This document shows, piece after piece, positions 25,701 through 37,507 of a stretch of 64,000 nt of DNA. A program made the position numbers and the translations under genes. The notes beneath the pieces are model-generated. The model saw nothing but the letters and a program-made list of their open reading frames with translations. It was not told the origin of the DNA and did no database searches. Origin of the DNA: Eledone cirrhosa (taxonomy: Eukaryota); contig OZ024740.1 in NCBI GenBank assembly GCA_964016885.1, positions 104,656,001 to 104,720,000 of the forward strand, in the 5' to 3' direction. Numbering within the stretch: position 1 is the first letter of the stretch; every line of letters starts with the position of its first letter.

Positions 25701-26691
25701 TCAGTTTGTCTACCTGGGAAGCACTGTCAATCGATACAGCAACCTTGACAGTGAAATCTCACTTAGGATTAGGAAAGCAAGTGATGCTTTCGGAAAGCTA
25801 GACAGGCGACTCTGGGGTCGGCGAGACATATGCAGGAGGACAAAGGTAAAGGTGTACAGGGCATGTGTGCTCTCTTGTCTTCTTTATGCCTGCGAGACCT
25901 GGGTCACATATCGACACCACCTTAAGCAATTGGAGCGTTTCCATCAGATGTGTCTCAGACGGATCCATGGCGTTCACTGGAGGGACCACATCAGTGATGT
26001 CGAGATTTTGGAAAGCTCTATGTGTGACAGTATAGAAGCTCTTGTGCTTAAGCAACGACTCCGTTGGAGTGGTCACCTTGCCAGGATGAAGGATTCTAGA
26101 ATACCAAAACAACTCTTTTATGGAGAGTTGGTTAAAGGAAAACGACCGCCACATAAACCAAAAAAGAGGTATAAGGATTCCTTGAAAGCCTCTCTGAAAG
26201 ACGCTAACATCTCTGCTGATACATGGGAAAATATTGCTGCTGATCGTAATAAATGGAGAAAGACTGTATATGAGGGAAAAGTTGCCTTTGAGGCATCTCG
26301 AATCGCATACGAGAAAGTAAAGCGGGATGTGAGGAAGGGCATTGCTGTTGCACTTCCAGACGGCGAGGGTCCTCCTATGGTGCTGACATGCAGCGTCTGT
26401 GCGAGACTCTGCCTAAGCAAAGCTGGACTCGAAAGTCATCTTCGCAGTCATAAAGTAAGACCAGTGGTTGACTACCAGGCTGCTGTTGGAGATGCTACTC
26501 ATCATGCTTGCCAAACATGTGGTAGAGAATGTAAATCAGCAGGAGGGCTCAAGCGACATGCAAAAATACACGAACTCCAACCACAGCCGACTATTCCCAG
26601 TAAATGTTTTGGATGCCGACTCTGTGCAAGACATTTTAGATCATTGGCTGGGCTAAAAAGCCACATTCGATCGCAGCGCTGTTAGTTGCTA

Positions 26692-26733
<42 letters not shown>

Positions 26734-26832
26734 GCTTATGTGTGTGTGTATATATATATGTATATTATCATTGTTGTTGTCGTTATTATTATTGTTGTTA
26801 TTATTATTATTAATATTATTGTTATTAATGTA

Positions 26833-26863
<31 letters not shown>

Positions 26864-26864
26864 A

Positions 26865-26917
<53 letters not shown>

Positions 26918-27060
26918 CTCCTCGTGCAATGGCCATACTCGATAACGAGGGGGCAGCCATCATGTATGTATGTATGTATGTATGTATGTATGTATGTATG
27001 TATGTATGTATGTATGTATGTATGTATCTACGTACGTACGTATGTACGTATGTATGTATG
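22740..27060 (+). mobile_element. near full-length RTE LINE with APE, RT and three C-terminal C2H2 fingers (copy 2)
   Basis: Has a 5'UTR; APE (GCWNVRTL, ALSETR, GDFNA, TDH); RT (NYRGISLL, FVDLTKAFD, GVKQG, LLYADD, FVYLG); 3' hairpin CTCG-ATAA-CGAG; (TATG)n tail. Confidence 0.95.
23155..26685 (+). pseudogene. RTE APE-RT-ZnF polyprotein, two frameshifts (~25290, ~25670)
   Basis: ORFs 23155..25446, 25289..25801 and 25672..26685 join into one RTE protein. Confidence 0.9.
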
Positions 27061-28218
27061 TTCTTCTGGTTTTATAATTTCACAAGGTTTTACCAATAGA
27101 GTGAGAGTCGGTTTCTAACATAGACACAAGACTCTCATTGGAATTTACACAACATCAGCTAGGTAGATATGTATGTATGCATGTATGTGTAGATATGTAT
27201 GTTATTGTATGTGTGGATGTGTATGTTTTGAGTTGTATGTGTGCAAGTGTATATGCTTTGCATCTGTACATGTGTATATGCAGTTATTAGATGCAAAATT
27301 TTTGGAATGTTTTACAAATTTTTACTGTTCCATTAATGGATTGTACTTGTAATTTCCTAACTAGTTCTCCTTGTCTCATATCATAATATCTGGTCTGTTA
27401 TGCTTGCATTTTATTGGGGTTTTTACTGGAACATTCCACCAGTACTCTTTCATATTATGTACATGGATGTCTTCCACATTGCTGTAGCTTTTAATGTGTT
27501 TATTATCGGGGCTGTCTTTTTTACGAACTGCATTGTACAGTGTTTTGGCCACTACATCATGCCTCATAGGTAGATAGTACCGTGATGACATCTTTGGACA
27601 GATGCTGATGACATGGGTGATATCCTCGATGTTAGTTCTGCAGAGTCTGCACTTGTTATCACATCTAGGTGTTTTGCCTGCATCGCTATCTCTTTTGTGA
27701 ATCAGGTATTTCGTGTTAATCTCCTGTTCTTGGATTGCAAAAGCGTATCCTTCAAAGTGGGAGCCTATATAGCGGTTGTTGGTCCAAGATAGACTACTTT
27801 CCTTATCTATATTACTCTCACTCTGGAGCTTCCTGGCAACATATCCATGCATGATTTTTTGCTGATAAGTATGCAGTTTTTCATCCATGGATTCACTGCG
27901 ATACTGCTGAGCGACTTCCCTGAGTGCGAGTTTTTGATTATCACAGAGGGAATATCTCTCGAGGAGTTCCTTCCCAACTCTCATGATCTTATCTGTTTCA
28001 TGCAGATAGACTTGCTCGAGAAACGGGCTCCTACGCTTCGAGGTTCGTAGATGTTGTCGGAGAGATATGATGCGACATTCAAATGTTGTCTGGACTGATG
28101 TTAGGCCTCTGCCTCCCTGCTTACGTTTCAAGTAATGGCGGTCTATGTCACTGTTGATGTGGAAGTTTCCGATGTTGTTTAGTATTTTTCGAGTTCCAAC
28201 ATCAACAGCTCGGATTTC
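27061..28218 (-). mobile_element. R4/Dong subfamily b, 5'-truncated, in (CATA)n
   Basis: YLKRKQGGRGL, AIQEQEI, CRLC...H...C, RHD, KHNRPDI; internal deletion at ~27376. The 3' end joins (CATA)n directly. Confidence 0.9.
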
Positions 28219-28399
28219 GTATGTATGTATGTATGTATGTATGTATGTATGTATGTATGTATGTATGTATGTATGTATGTTTCTCTGTCTGTCTGTCTGT
28301 ATGTATGTATGTATGTATGTACATACGTACGTATGAGTGTGCGTATAAAATATATGTGTGTGCACGTGCGAAGCTGATTCAGCAGGCAGCTTGACAGCC

Positions 28400-28700
28400 G
28401 AAATAGGTAGCACCAACAATTATCACTACCATTACCAAGAGGAAGGCAACGACAGCAACAGTGACACTAATAATGACCCCGCATCTTCGGTGAAAGAAGG
28501 CATTCGGACCCTAGCAACCGGCCTGGCAGCCGAAAGAGGTATCGGTATCAACTACCATTAACAAGAGGAAGGATACGACAGCGGCAGTGACAATAACAAC
28601 AACATATGTGTGTATACGCCAACATCTTACCAGCAATCACTACCACCATCATTAACAAGAAGGAGCCCATTCCTGCATCAGTGACAATACAACCTTTGGG
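28400..28700 (+). repeat. three diverged copies of a CACTACCATTAACAAGAGGAAGG...CAGTGACAATA module
   Basis: Visible at ~28422, ~28550 and ~28640. Confidence 0.5.
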
Positions 28701-28869
28701 TCATTCCGCTGGGAACAACCCTCTGTTTTCTTTTTGTACATTCATCCATCGATTCATTTATTTATTTGCTAATTTTCTACTTTCGTGTGTGTCCCCCTCC
28801 ATGCACCCCCTACACTTTTATCTTGTCTTCTGTCGCCTCCATATCTGATGTAGGTGAGCTATGAGGCCT

Positions 28870-30935
28870 CACTCATACCAACACTTTCCCTTCCACCCAT
28901 GTGCAGTTGTGCCTAGCACCTAGGCTGGTGACAATCAGCCACTCACCCTTGATGCCGCTTGGTGCCCCAGTCCCTGGCTCCACGCCCATCCTCCATCCCC
29001 ACCAGTCGACATCTGCAGCACTTGCAGCACCACGAACAGACGGAAGAGGGGCTGGAACTGTTCGGGGTGTGGCTGCTTCCACCACCTCCCATGTGTTGGT
29101 TTGACACGTCGAGCTTCCAGTGCCCTCGCAGTGTGGAGATGCAGAAACTGTCTCTTCCCCTCGTCTGCCCAGCCACGGCCGTCTGGCACTCCACCAGATG
29201 AGACAGCGAGCTTGCCTGATGCCCAAACCTCGCCGGTCGACATTACTCACCTCAGGCGGCTCCGGAAGATTCCGCTCAGGATCACGAGAGCAGCCACGGT
29301 GCTGGTAGCCGATGTCCTCGCTTCCTCGATCGAGAGTGCTCTGGATTCCAATTGAGCCAGCGACTGGGAGTGCTTCTTCTATTTTGCCCCACTCACCCAT
29401 GGCCTCCCCAGCTGTGGCACTGACCAAGGTGGCCTGTTGTCAGCAGCCTTTGTCAAGGCCAATGTTTCGTCCTTTGGGCAAGCGCCCATTTCAAGTGTGC
29501 CGAAGGACGCCACAACCCCTGCTCTTGGGTGCCTCCAATCCTTCACCCCTGAGGTCCTGGCTGCCCTGTGACTCAAGCACCCTGAGCCACCCGCTGACCT
29601 CCAACCCATACCCCCACCCGATCCCCACTTGCTCCTTGTGGCTTCCGACGCAGACATCATGTCTGCCATCAAGTACTTCCCAGCTAGCAGCAGCAGAGGT
29701 GCTGATGGTCTCCGACCAGGCCACCTCAGGAAGTTGCTACCCCACCTCTCCACAAATGCCGGGCGCTGCCTTCTGAGTGCAATTGTGGCACTCACCAATA
29801 GGCTTATCCATGGCGCCCTGGATCCTCATGCCCGAGGCATCTTTTTTTCAGCTAGCCTGACCGCTCTCAGGAAGAAAGAGGGTGGCATACGCTCCATCGC
29901 TGTGGGCAATGTCTTTCAGAGGCTGGCTGCTCAGTAACCTCATGCCGCATCCTCATCAGGAGGGTTCTCCAAAACAATAGAACCCTCTGTGTTCAGGGAA
30001 CATGAGGTCGCCTGTGAGACGTGGGACAGGCTGGGACTTAGCCCAGTAGATGTCCCTCCTCCTTCTCCCCCTGCTGACGTCAAGTCCCCCCAAAGCGTAT
30101 GGGATGCCATCCAGTGCAGCCTGGCCTCAGACAAGATCACACGCCAGCTCGACCAGCACCGCCTTCCTGTTTTCACATAGCCTCCAAACCCCACAGTGGT
30201 ACCTGGCTCCATGCCTTGCCCTCCTTCTCCACTGGCACGCAGCTGGATAACGATAGCCTGTGCATCAGCGTTTCCTTGAGGCTTGGACTCCGGTTCTGCG
30301 AACCACATAAATGTCGCTGTGGATCCACCGTGGACTCTTTCCGCCTCCACCCGCTTTCCTGTCGCCACAGTGCCAGCCGCCTTCCATACCATGCTGCCCT
30401 CAACGAGGTCATTAAGCATGGCTTGGACGCTGCAAGCTTCCCCTCCCAGCTTGAGACAGTGGGGCTGGCAAAAGGCCAGACAGCATGACTATCTTCCCGT
30501 TCCGCAGTAGCAAACCCCTCGTCTGGGATGCCACTTGCAGCGACACTTTCTCCAGCGGCAACCTAGTGCAGTCTGTGACTAACCCAGGTACTGCTGCACG
30601 TCGGGCTGAGGAGGCCAAACTCTCCGACAGGTTCGCGGTTGTGCCTTTGGATAGTGGAGACTTCTGGTGTCCTTGGCTCTAGGGCTACCTCCCTATTTAC
30701 CACCATAGGCGCTGAGCTGGCCAGCCGCAGGTGTGAGCCTCGCGAGTTGGAATGGCTCTTCCAATGCATCTTCTTTACCATCCTCCGGAAAAACGCCTTC
30801 TCCATCCTGTCCACCGGGGCTGTGGGGAGGCCAGCATGTGGGACCCCATTTGCTCACCATACGGATTAATAGGCAAAGTTATAAACTATTGTAAAAAAAC
30901 CTATTTAATATTCTTTAAATTTAAAAAAAAAAAGA
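28870..30935 (+). mobile_element. CRE-clade retrotransposon, internally deleted, with A-rich tail
   Basis: GC-rich island. SSRGADGLRPGHL...LTALRKKEGGIRSIAVGNVFQRLAA (RT start); WLHALP...SLRLG...CRCG...HPLSC...H; LVWDATC; ETSGVLG. Most of the RT is deleted at ~29940. Confidence 0.85.
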
Positions 30936-30967
30936 ATTAATCTAATATAAAAAGTATGTATGCACAC

Positions 30968-31060
30968 ATTTCTCGCCATTTTGTCACTGGAGCACAGCCG
31001 AATTACTGCTCTGATTCGGGTGGGGAATCCCTAACAACTCTGCCAATTACCCATCTCTTT
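30968..31060 (+). mobile_element. tiny 3' remnant of a CRE element of the 12.3-kb type
   Basis: TTCTCGCCATTTTGTC...GCAC...GGGGT...GAATC aligns to the reverse complement of 12285-12348. Confidence 0.45.
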
Positions 31061-31509
31061 GTATGTCATATTTCTCAAAAGTTTATTATCATGTGATGCA
31101 GAACACACTAGTGCATCTACATATTTTTTTTTTAGATTTATTTAAGTTCTTCACTGAATTCAAGAAAGTGACAAGACAATTTTAAATATCTGTAAATATG
31201 TAAGAGATTTTGTGTGAGCAAGTAGATGGTATGTACTTGTGTGTGCATGAATGTGCTATGTGCACATATGTTTAAATATACTAACAGAGTTACTTATCGG
31301 TTACATCATCATCATGGAAAAGAATACCTGTTCAGGTGTTCTCTTACTTTTGTTATTGTTTTCATTGCTGAGAGCTCATGTGATATACTCTTTCTTCCTT
31401 TACTGTTTAGGAGTTGGTTTCTACATGATATGATATGGTACCCAAAGGCCATTTTGAATGATCTTATGCCTTTTCCTCCATCCCCCCCCCCCCCATTTAA
31501 AATACCCTG

Positions 31510-31830
31510 TAAAATGGTCATACTGATGCCACGAGAAAAAGTACCTAGTCTACTATGTAAAATGATTGTACCTGTGCCATGACAAAAACCACCAATTATA
31601 CCTTGTAAGGAGATGGTGCTGGTGTTGGTGCCACAAAAAAAAGCTTCCAGTAAATGCTATAAAGTAGTTAGCATTAGGAAGGACATCCAGCCATAGAAAA
31701 CCAAGCCCAAAATGGGTCATATGTGCAAGATGTGGTCACCTGACCTGTCTAACATCATAATGTGACAACTTATCTAACCCATGCAAGCATGGAAAATAAA
31801 CATTAAACGATGATGATGATGATGATGAGA
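31510..31830 (+). mobile_element. non-autonomous RTE-tail SINE body
   Basis: Tandem GTGCCAC..AAAAAGCAC units, TTAGGAAGGACATCCAGCC, CCATGCAAGCATGG hairpin, (GAT)n tail. Confidence 0.7.
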
Positions 31831-32512
31831 ACAACAAAGACGACAATGATGATGATGGTAATGATGATGATGAAAGAAAGGGATTATTTCTGACAAAAAG
31901 ACTCACCAAGCTTCATCATTGTAATTAGATATCAACTACAGTACACAATTATATTCTGAATTTTAGAAATGTCTTGCATATTTTGAATGTTCTCTTTACA
32001 GATTGTATTTGCAGAATGTGAGTTAAATTCTATCTTTCTTTACATTAACACCCCAGTTTATCAAGATTATTATGTAAAGATTCAATACCTTAACCAAGTA
32101 TGCAAATAATGAGAGATACACACATATATATATATAATACAAATAGTGAAAACAATGAAATTAAACAAAATACAATTTCTTTAGTTCCATCTATATTCCT
32201 CTACTTGTTCTATTTTTAGAACAAATTATTCCTCTTGAACAAAGAAATAACAAATATTTAGGATTGTTCTATACTATTCTACTGGATATAACACATTGAT
32301 ATCTGCACCCCTTTTCCTCCAACTTTAATCTTCCTTGACCGTCCACACTTTTCTGAAATTTCTATACAAACTGTCTAAATTCCTTTACACTCGCAACTTT
32401 CTTTTCTTAAAGGTCATTCGATACCTCATCCCCTGACTGCTAATTTATCCATCTACTACTACCAACTTAATGATCTATATTGGTCAATCTCAACCTTGTT
32501 CTTAAAAGGTTA

Positions 32513-32780
32513 TGTAGCGAAGCGACACCTGTCGTGTGCTTGGGGACAGCTATGCAGAGTTACCTACACATAGCTCTGACGTCACAAACCGACGTCACCA
32601 AAAATAATTCACTCTCCGGCGGCGACTTGCGAAGAGACAATACGCACAATTTTGGAGCTGACTTCTGCCTTTTCTCTCTAGAGATGACTTCTGCCTTCTC
32701 TCCCTAGAGATGACTCCTACCTTCTCTCTCTCTTCTTTATATGTTCCAGTCTTGGAGTCAAGACCAACTCACTAACTACA
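32513..32780 (-). mobile_element. possible solo LTR
   Basis: TGTAG...CTACA ends, a TATAAA on the minus strand and three internal ~28-bp repeats; no TSD found. Confidence 0.3.
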
Positions 32781-32971
32781 CCATCACGACACATTGTAAA
32801 ATATTTCTATTGTGTTATTATTGACTCCTGTGATATAAAACTTTGTACAAACACGCACCAGCCATTCTTATTCTTTTTAATATTATTATAAGTAATATAT
32901 ACACCAATACTTGTCATCTAAAGTTACTTATTCATACATGTTTTTATATTCTTCAATAAACAAAACTCATT

Positions 32972-33090
32972 TGAGTTCAAATCCCGCCGAGGTTAACTTT
33001 GCCTTTCATCCTTACGGGGTCGATAAAATAAAGTACCAGTAATGTACTGGGTAATTCGTGGCCTTGTGTCAAAAAGTAGAAACAATTATT
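32972..33090 (+). mobile_element. 5'-truncated tRNA-derived SINE
   Basis: B box GAGTTCAAATCC, core GCCTTTCATCCTT.CGGGGTCGATAAAATAAAGTACCAG, ATT tail; full copies at 55673-55860 and 56101-56292. Confidence 0.8.
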
Positions 33091-33219
33091 TCTGAAGACA
33101 GTGGGTAGAGAAGATGTATGTATATTTTCTTATTTTGATAATTTGTAATATATTTTACATAGATCACTAATAGAATGAACATACGCAGAACTACCCCCCA
33201 GAAACGATCATAAAATAAT
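33085..33219 (+). ncRNA. type I hammerhead motif with ~100-nt stem II domain
   Basis: Stem I ATTATTT/AAATAAT; core CTGAAGA 33092-33098; stem II GGGTAG/CTACCC; GAAA 33201-33204; near-palindromic stem III ACGATCAT; site after 33212. Paralog at 41466. Confidence 0.6.
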
Positions 33220-33882
33220 GAGTTTTACTATGAATTACCCATATTTTGTTTAATTTCATTGTTTTCACTATTTGTATTATTTTGACTCTGCTTCCAATGA
33301 ATTATATCGTTGAAATTTTGTATTTTAAACTTTGCTTCACAACATCTACATACGGATTACATTGTGTTCTTCATACGGCTTGGACCCTACCATTAATTGG
33401 TGGATTTATCTGTGTATATATATATATATATATGTATGTATTAATTTGTCCTAACTCCCTTATGAATGAGTATAAATTAGGCTGAAATAGACTGCTTCTT
33501 CCAGCAACCCTGCAGGTGTAGCGAGCCGCATATGTTCTAGCCATTAGAAAAATGCTTCACTTTTGAAAGAAGGAGAAGGGAGAGGAAATATTCATATTCT
33601 GGGTAGAGAAGTTGTAGGTTGTGAAGAAGTTGGCCTTAACATTCTTTCTCTCACCAATTTTTAATGAAATATTCGATTCTGGTTACTGGCTTACCTCCAA
33701 AACAGTACATAATTTTCGTTTTCTGTTCCAAACAAACTATATCACATGTGTTGTGTTTGTATTTGGCAAAAGTTTTATGTTGGAATATCCAACAAATATG
33801 TTGTATGCTGAAACATACGAATATATACAACATTTAAAATATTTTCCATAATATCTGCCCTAAGTTCTTATGAATGGCAATA

Positions 33883-34299
33883 TACAAGGATAGGCTGAAA
33901 AGTTCATAGGCTGACTATGAAAGAGTGATGCTAGAGCTGTGAAATCTTGCATGCATTAATTTCAACTCTTCTTATTAATAACTGCACGAGAGTATCATGG
34001 TCAGCCTATGATTGTTTCTGTGATATTTAGCTGCAAGTTAACAACTCTGACAGGACAGACCTGTGATCACCCTGTCTTTTTTCCTATGTGCAGGGAACCC
34101 AATTCACATTATATGAGGGTAGGCTGAAAGGTTCATATGAATCAGCTAGGGCTGTGAAATCTTGCATGTATTAATTTCAACTCTTCTTATTAATAACTGT
34201 ACTGTTTCTTTCTGAGCACTATGTTGAAAAATAAACTTCATTTAGTCATTCCAAAAGAGAATCTTGGTCAGCCTATGAACTTTCCAACCGACTTTCGTA
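33883..34299. mobile_element. two mariner-type MITE copies (33883-34010 deleted; 34112-34299)
   Basis: Same TIRs as 2598-2792. Confidence 0.75.
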
Positions 34300-34642
34300 T
34301 GTTGTTTTGTTGATAATGCCATGACACATAAAAAAAGTTAGTACCTTCATGAAATTCAATATTTGTAAACAGCAAATCTCTGAGTTACTTTGAGTTGTAG
34401 TTTCTGTGCATTCTATATAGTACTCTTGATACAGTGAAGATATCCTAATATACTTCTTTTCACAAACCTATATATAATCCCTATGAAATACAAATGTCTA
34501 TCAAATTTTCTCCAGTATTCAATAGAAAAATAACTAAAACTGAAAAATTCACTGATTATAGCCCTTCTCTTATTGAGTTTTAAAATATTTTCTCCAATTT
34601 TTTTTTGTAAACTGCCATTATTGTTAATGTTTTTCCTCAGAG

Positions 34643-35105
34643 TGTAGCAAAATCTGTCCACCCCTTGACCCCTAGATGACATTAACAGTCATTTTGTGGG
34701 TTACCTCCTTTTTGGCATAAACAAGTCTGGGCTTGGGCAATCTCTTGAGGTCTCCCCTGCGGTTCTCAAGGCAGGGGGAAGAGGAAGCGACAGCTATAAA
34801 TAGCCTATTTTAGACCAAGCAACAAGCAGTTCTTGACAGAGTAAACATGTAAAACATTTACTTTCTACAGACTCCTTTGGGGTCTTACAGACTCTTACTC
34901 TCTCTCTCTTTCACTCAATCTCTATCTCTTGGTCTCTCTCTTAACCAAGACACTGAAGTTCAAACAAATAATGTACATAATTCTTGTCTATTTCTTGTGT
35001 AGCTCCAGCGTAAACTATTTTCAATAAATTAATAATATAGTGGTTTGGTGTCATCATAGTTCATTTATATATATTCATTTTCTGCGTGATCAAGGAACTA
35101 TTATA
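34643..35105 (+). mobile_element. possible solo LTR
   Basis: TGTAGC start, TATAAATAG at ~34795, CT-rich stretch, AATAAA at ~35023; 3' CA and TSD not found. Confidence 0.35.
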
Positions 35106-35384
35106 TTATCATCATCTTATTGAACACTTACTCACTTACCTGCACACATGCAACCCCTGGTCACACTGTATCACACAACAGTGACCACACGACACAGCAA
35201 GTTACAAGTGAGCACGCACACAACAAATGAATCAATACCACAACACAATCAACTCACTACCAACATCGACCAACAAACAATCACTATAAGGGTTCATACC
35301 ATAAAAAAACACATTAGCAGCTATGAAACGTGTAATAATAAAACTAAGTACTATATAAAGTCTCATATATATATAAAAAAAAAA

Positions 35385-35662
35385 AGTCTAAAGTCTGTCT
35401 TAAGCCAGAAGGCTCATTTGGCCGGTGCTTATCCCGGTTTCATGACGTGAAGTGACTGAGAGTACAAGACTCCCCCTTGGACCGGACACCAGTCCATCGC
35501 AGTGTTAAACCTCCAGCTATTGCCGGTACTCATGTTCAGCTGAGTATACTGGAGCAACGTGAAATGAAGTGTTTTTCTCAAGAACACAACCCAGCCCAGG
35601 AATCGAACACGACATTATGATCGTAATTCCAACACCCTTACCACTAGGCCATGTGCTTCCAC
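35385..35662 (-). mobile_element. full-length tRNA-derived SINE
   Basis: A box TGGCCTAGTGG, B box GTTCGATTCC, conserved-type body GCGATGGACTGG.GTCC.GTCCA.GGG, tail AGACTTT repeat. Confidence 0.75.
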
Positions 35663-35666
35663 ATAT

Positions 35667-36560
35667 ATCATCATCATCATTTTACGTCCGCTTTTCCCTG
35701 CTTGCAAGGGTGGGACGGGTCTTATTCAGCACAGCATCTCTCCACTCGTCACGGTCCCTCGTCATCTCCACCGTGAGCTTCAATGATCTGAGGTCTGTTC
35801 TCACCACCTCCGCCCATGTTTTTCGTGGTCTACCTCTACCACGTCTTCCTTCAACTGGCAAGTCCTGGCACTTCTTTACCCATCGGTCATCCTCCATGCG
35901 CATCACATGTCCATACCACCTTAGTCTCCTCTCCCGTACACTACATTCTATCCCTCTCAGACACAGTTTCTCTCTCCACACATTTATGCTGGGTCGTTCA
36001 CGCACATTTACACTGCACATCCAACGGAGCATGCTTGCCTCATTTCTCTCCAGCCATCGCATATCCTCTGCAGTTGCTGCCCATGTCTCACTACCATGCA
36101 GCATCGCGCTCCTCACACAGGCATCATACAACCGGCCTTTCGTACGCAGGGAGAAACCCTTCTTCGTCAACAGAGGAAGCAGCTCCCTAAACTTCTTCCA
36201 ACCCGTCCTTATTCTAGATACTATGGCCTCGGAACACCCTCCTCCCATGCTAATCTGATCTAGGTACCGGAAGCTATCCACCACTTCTATAGCGCCCTCT
36301 TGCATTTGAAAAATGTGTCTATCACTATCATCATCATCATCAATGTCTGTTTTTTCCATGCTTGGATGGGTTGGATGAGATTTTTCCAGCACAGCTTCCT
36401 TTTATCTACTGCTTTTCTTCATCATCTCTTTTCCTCTATTGCAGCTTCCTTCCATTGGGAATACCTGGCTCTTTTCACCCAACAATTATCATCCATACAC
36501 ATCACATATCCATACCAGCGCAGCCTTCCCTCTTGCACACTACATCTGATTTCTCTTATA
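35667..36560 (-). mobile_element. two RTE 3' fragments in tandem (35667-36310; 36327-36560)
   Basis: FRYL...LHGSETW...RLRWYGHVMRM...GRPRKTW...KTRPTLASREKRT; each has a (GAT)n tail. Confidence 0.85.
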
Positions 36561-36731
36561 CCCACTATATATAGATATATATATATATATACCATCTTGA
36601 AGTATGTATATTAATTTCCATATTATTTGTTCTGTACATGTCAACATGAATGGACCTGTTATTTTTATCTAAAGACATTTTTTCCAATTCCATCCCGCCC
36701 GTCCCCTCAATCTATTTTATTTCTCATTCTT

Positions 36732-36767
36732 TCTTCTGATGAAGGACTAGCGTCCGAAACGTTAAGA
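36732..36767 (+). ncRNA. minimal type I hammerhead (Penelope-like type)
   Basis: TCTT-CTGATGA-A-GGAC tagc GTCC-GAAA-CG-TT-AAGA: stem I TCTT/AAGA, palindromic stem III ACGT, GTT site at 36763. Confidence 0.8.
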
Positions 36768-37067
36768 CCCTCTTCCTGCTATATCAAGCGTTAACCTAAT
36801 ATATACCTTCCATATACTGTACCGATTATGTTATTTCTGTTTACCTTTTACATACATATATATATCATCATCATCATTATCATCTATCTTCAACACTAGC
36901 ATGGGTTTAGACGGGAATTGTCTTACTTGAAGCAAGATTGGTCGGGTGACCATGTCTCACTCGTATAGGGCTGTCTGGCAGGTTTTCTACGGCTGGATGC
37001 CCTTCCTAACACCAACCACGTTTACAGTGTATATATATATATGTTCCCACACATTTATATATATATA

Positions 37068-37446
37068 TCATTTTTTTTCTTTTTACGTCTGCTTTTCCCT
37101 GCTTGCAGGGGTGGGACGGGAACTGATTCTGGCTTGATTTCTACAGCTGGATGCCTTTCCTAACACCAACCTCATTTACAGTGAGTGGTGGGTGCTTTTT
37201 TTCCGTGGCGCCTACAAGACCACTTTACAGTGTGGGCTGGGTGCTTTTTTGCCGTGGCACCTACACGTCCACTTTACAGTGGAATGATAGGTCCTATCAT
37301 CTCATTTCTACAACCGAGTAAACTGGAGCAATGTGAAATAAAGTGTCTTGCTCAAGGAAACAACACATCACCCGGTCTGAGAATTGAACTCACAACCTTT
37401 CGATTGCAAGCCCAATACTCTAACCACTAAGCCATGTGCCTCCATC
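37068..37446 (-). mobile_element. composite SINE: tRNA head, central domain, RTE 5'UTR-like body and RTE 3' tail
   Basis: A/B boxes TGGCTTAGTGG and GAGTTCAATTC. The tail CCGTCCCACCCCTGCAAGCAGGGAAAAGCAGACGTAAAA is almost identical to the LINE end at 35680-35720. Second copy at 53923-54230. Confidence 0.8.
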
Positions 37447-37507
37447 TCATATATATATATAGATATATATATATATATATGCATGTGTATATGTATATGT
37501 ATATAAT

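Noticed and set aside
35560-35662. tRNA-like A/B boxes here and in other SINE heads
   Set aside because: No cloverleaf; each continues into a SINE body, so they are not tRNA genes.
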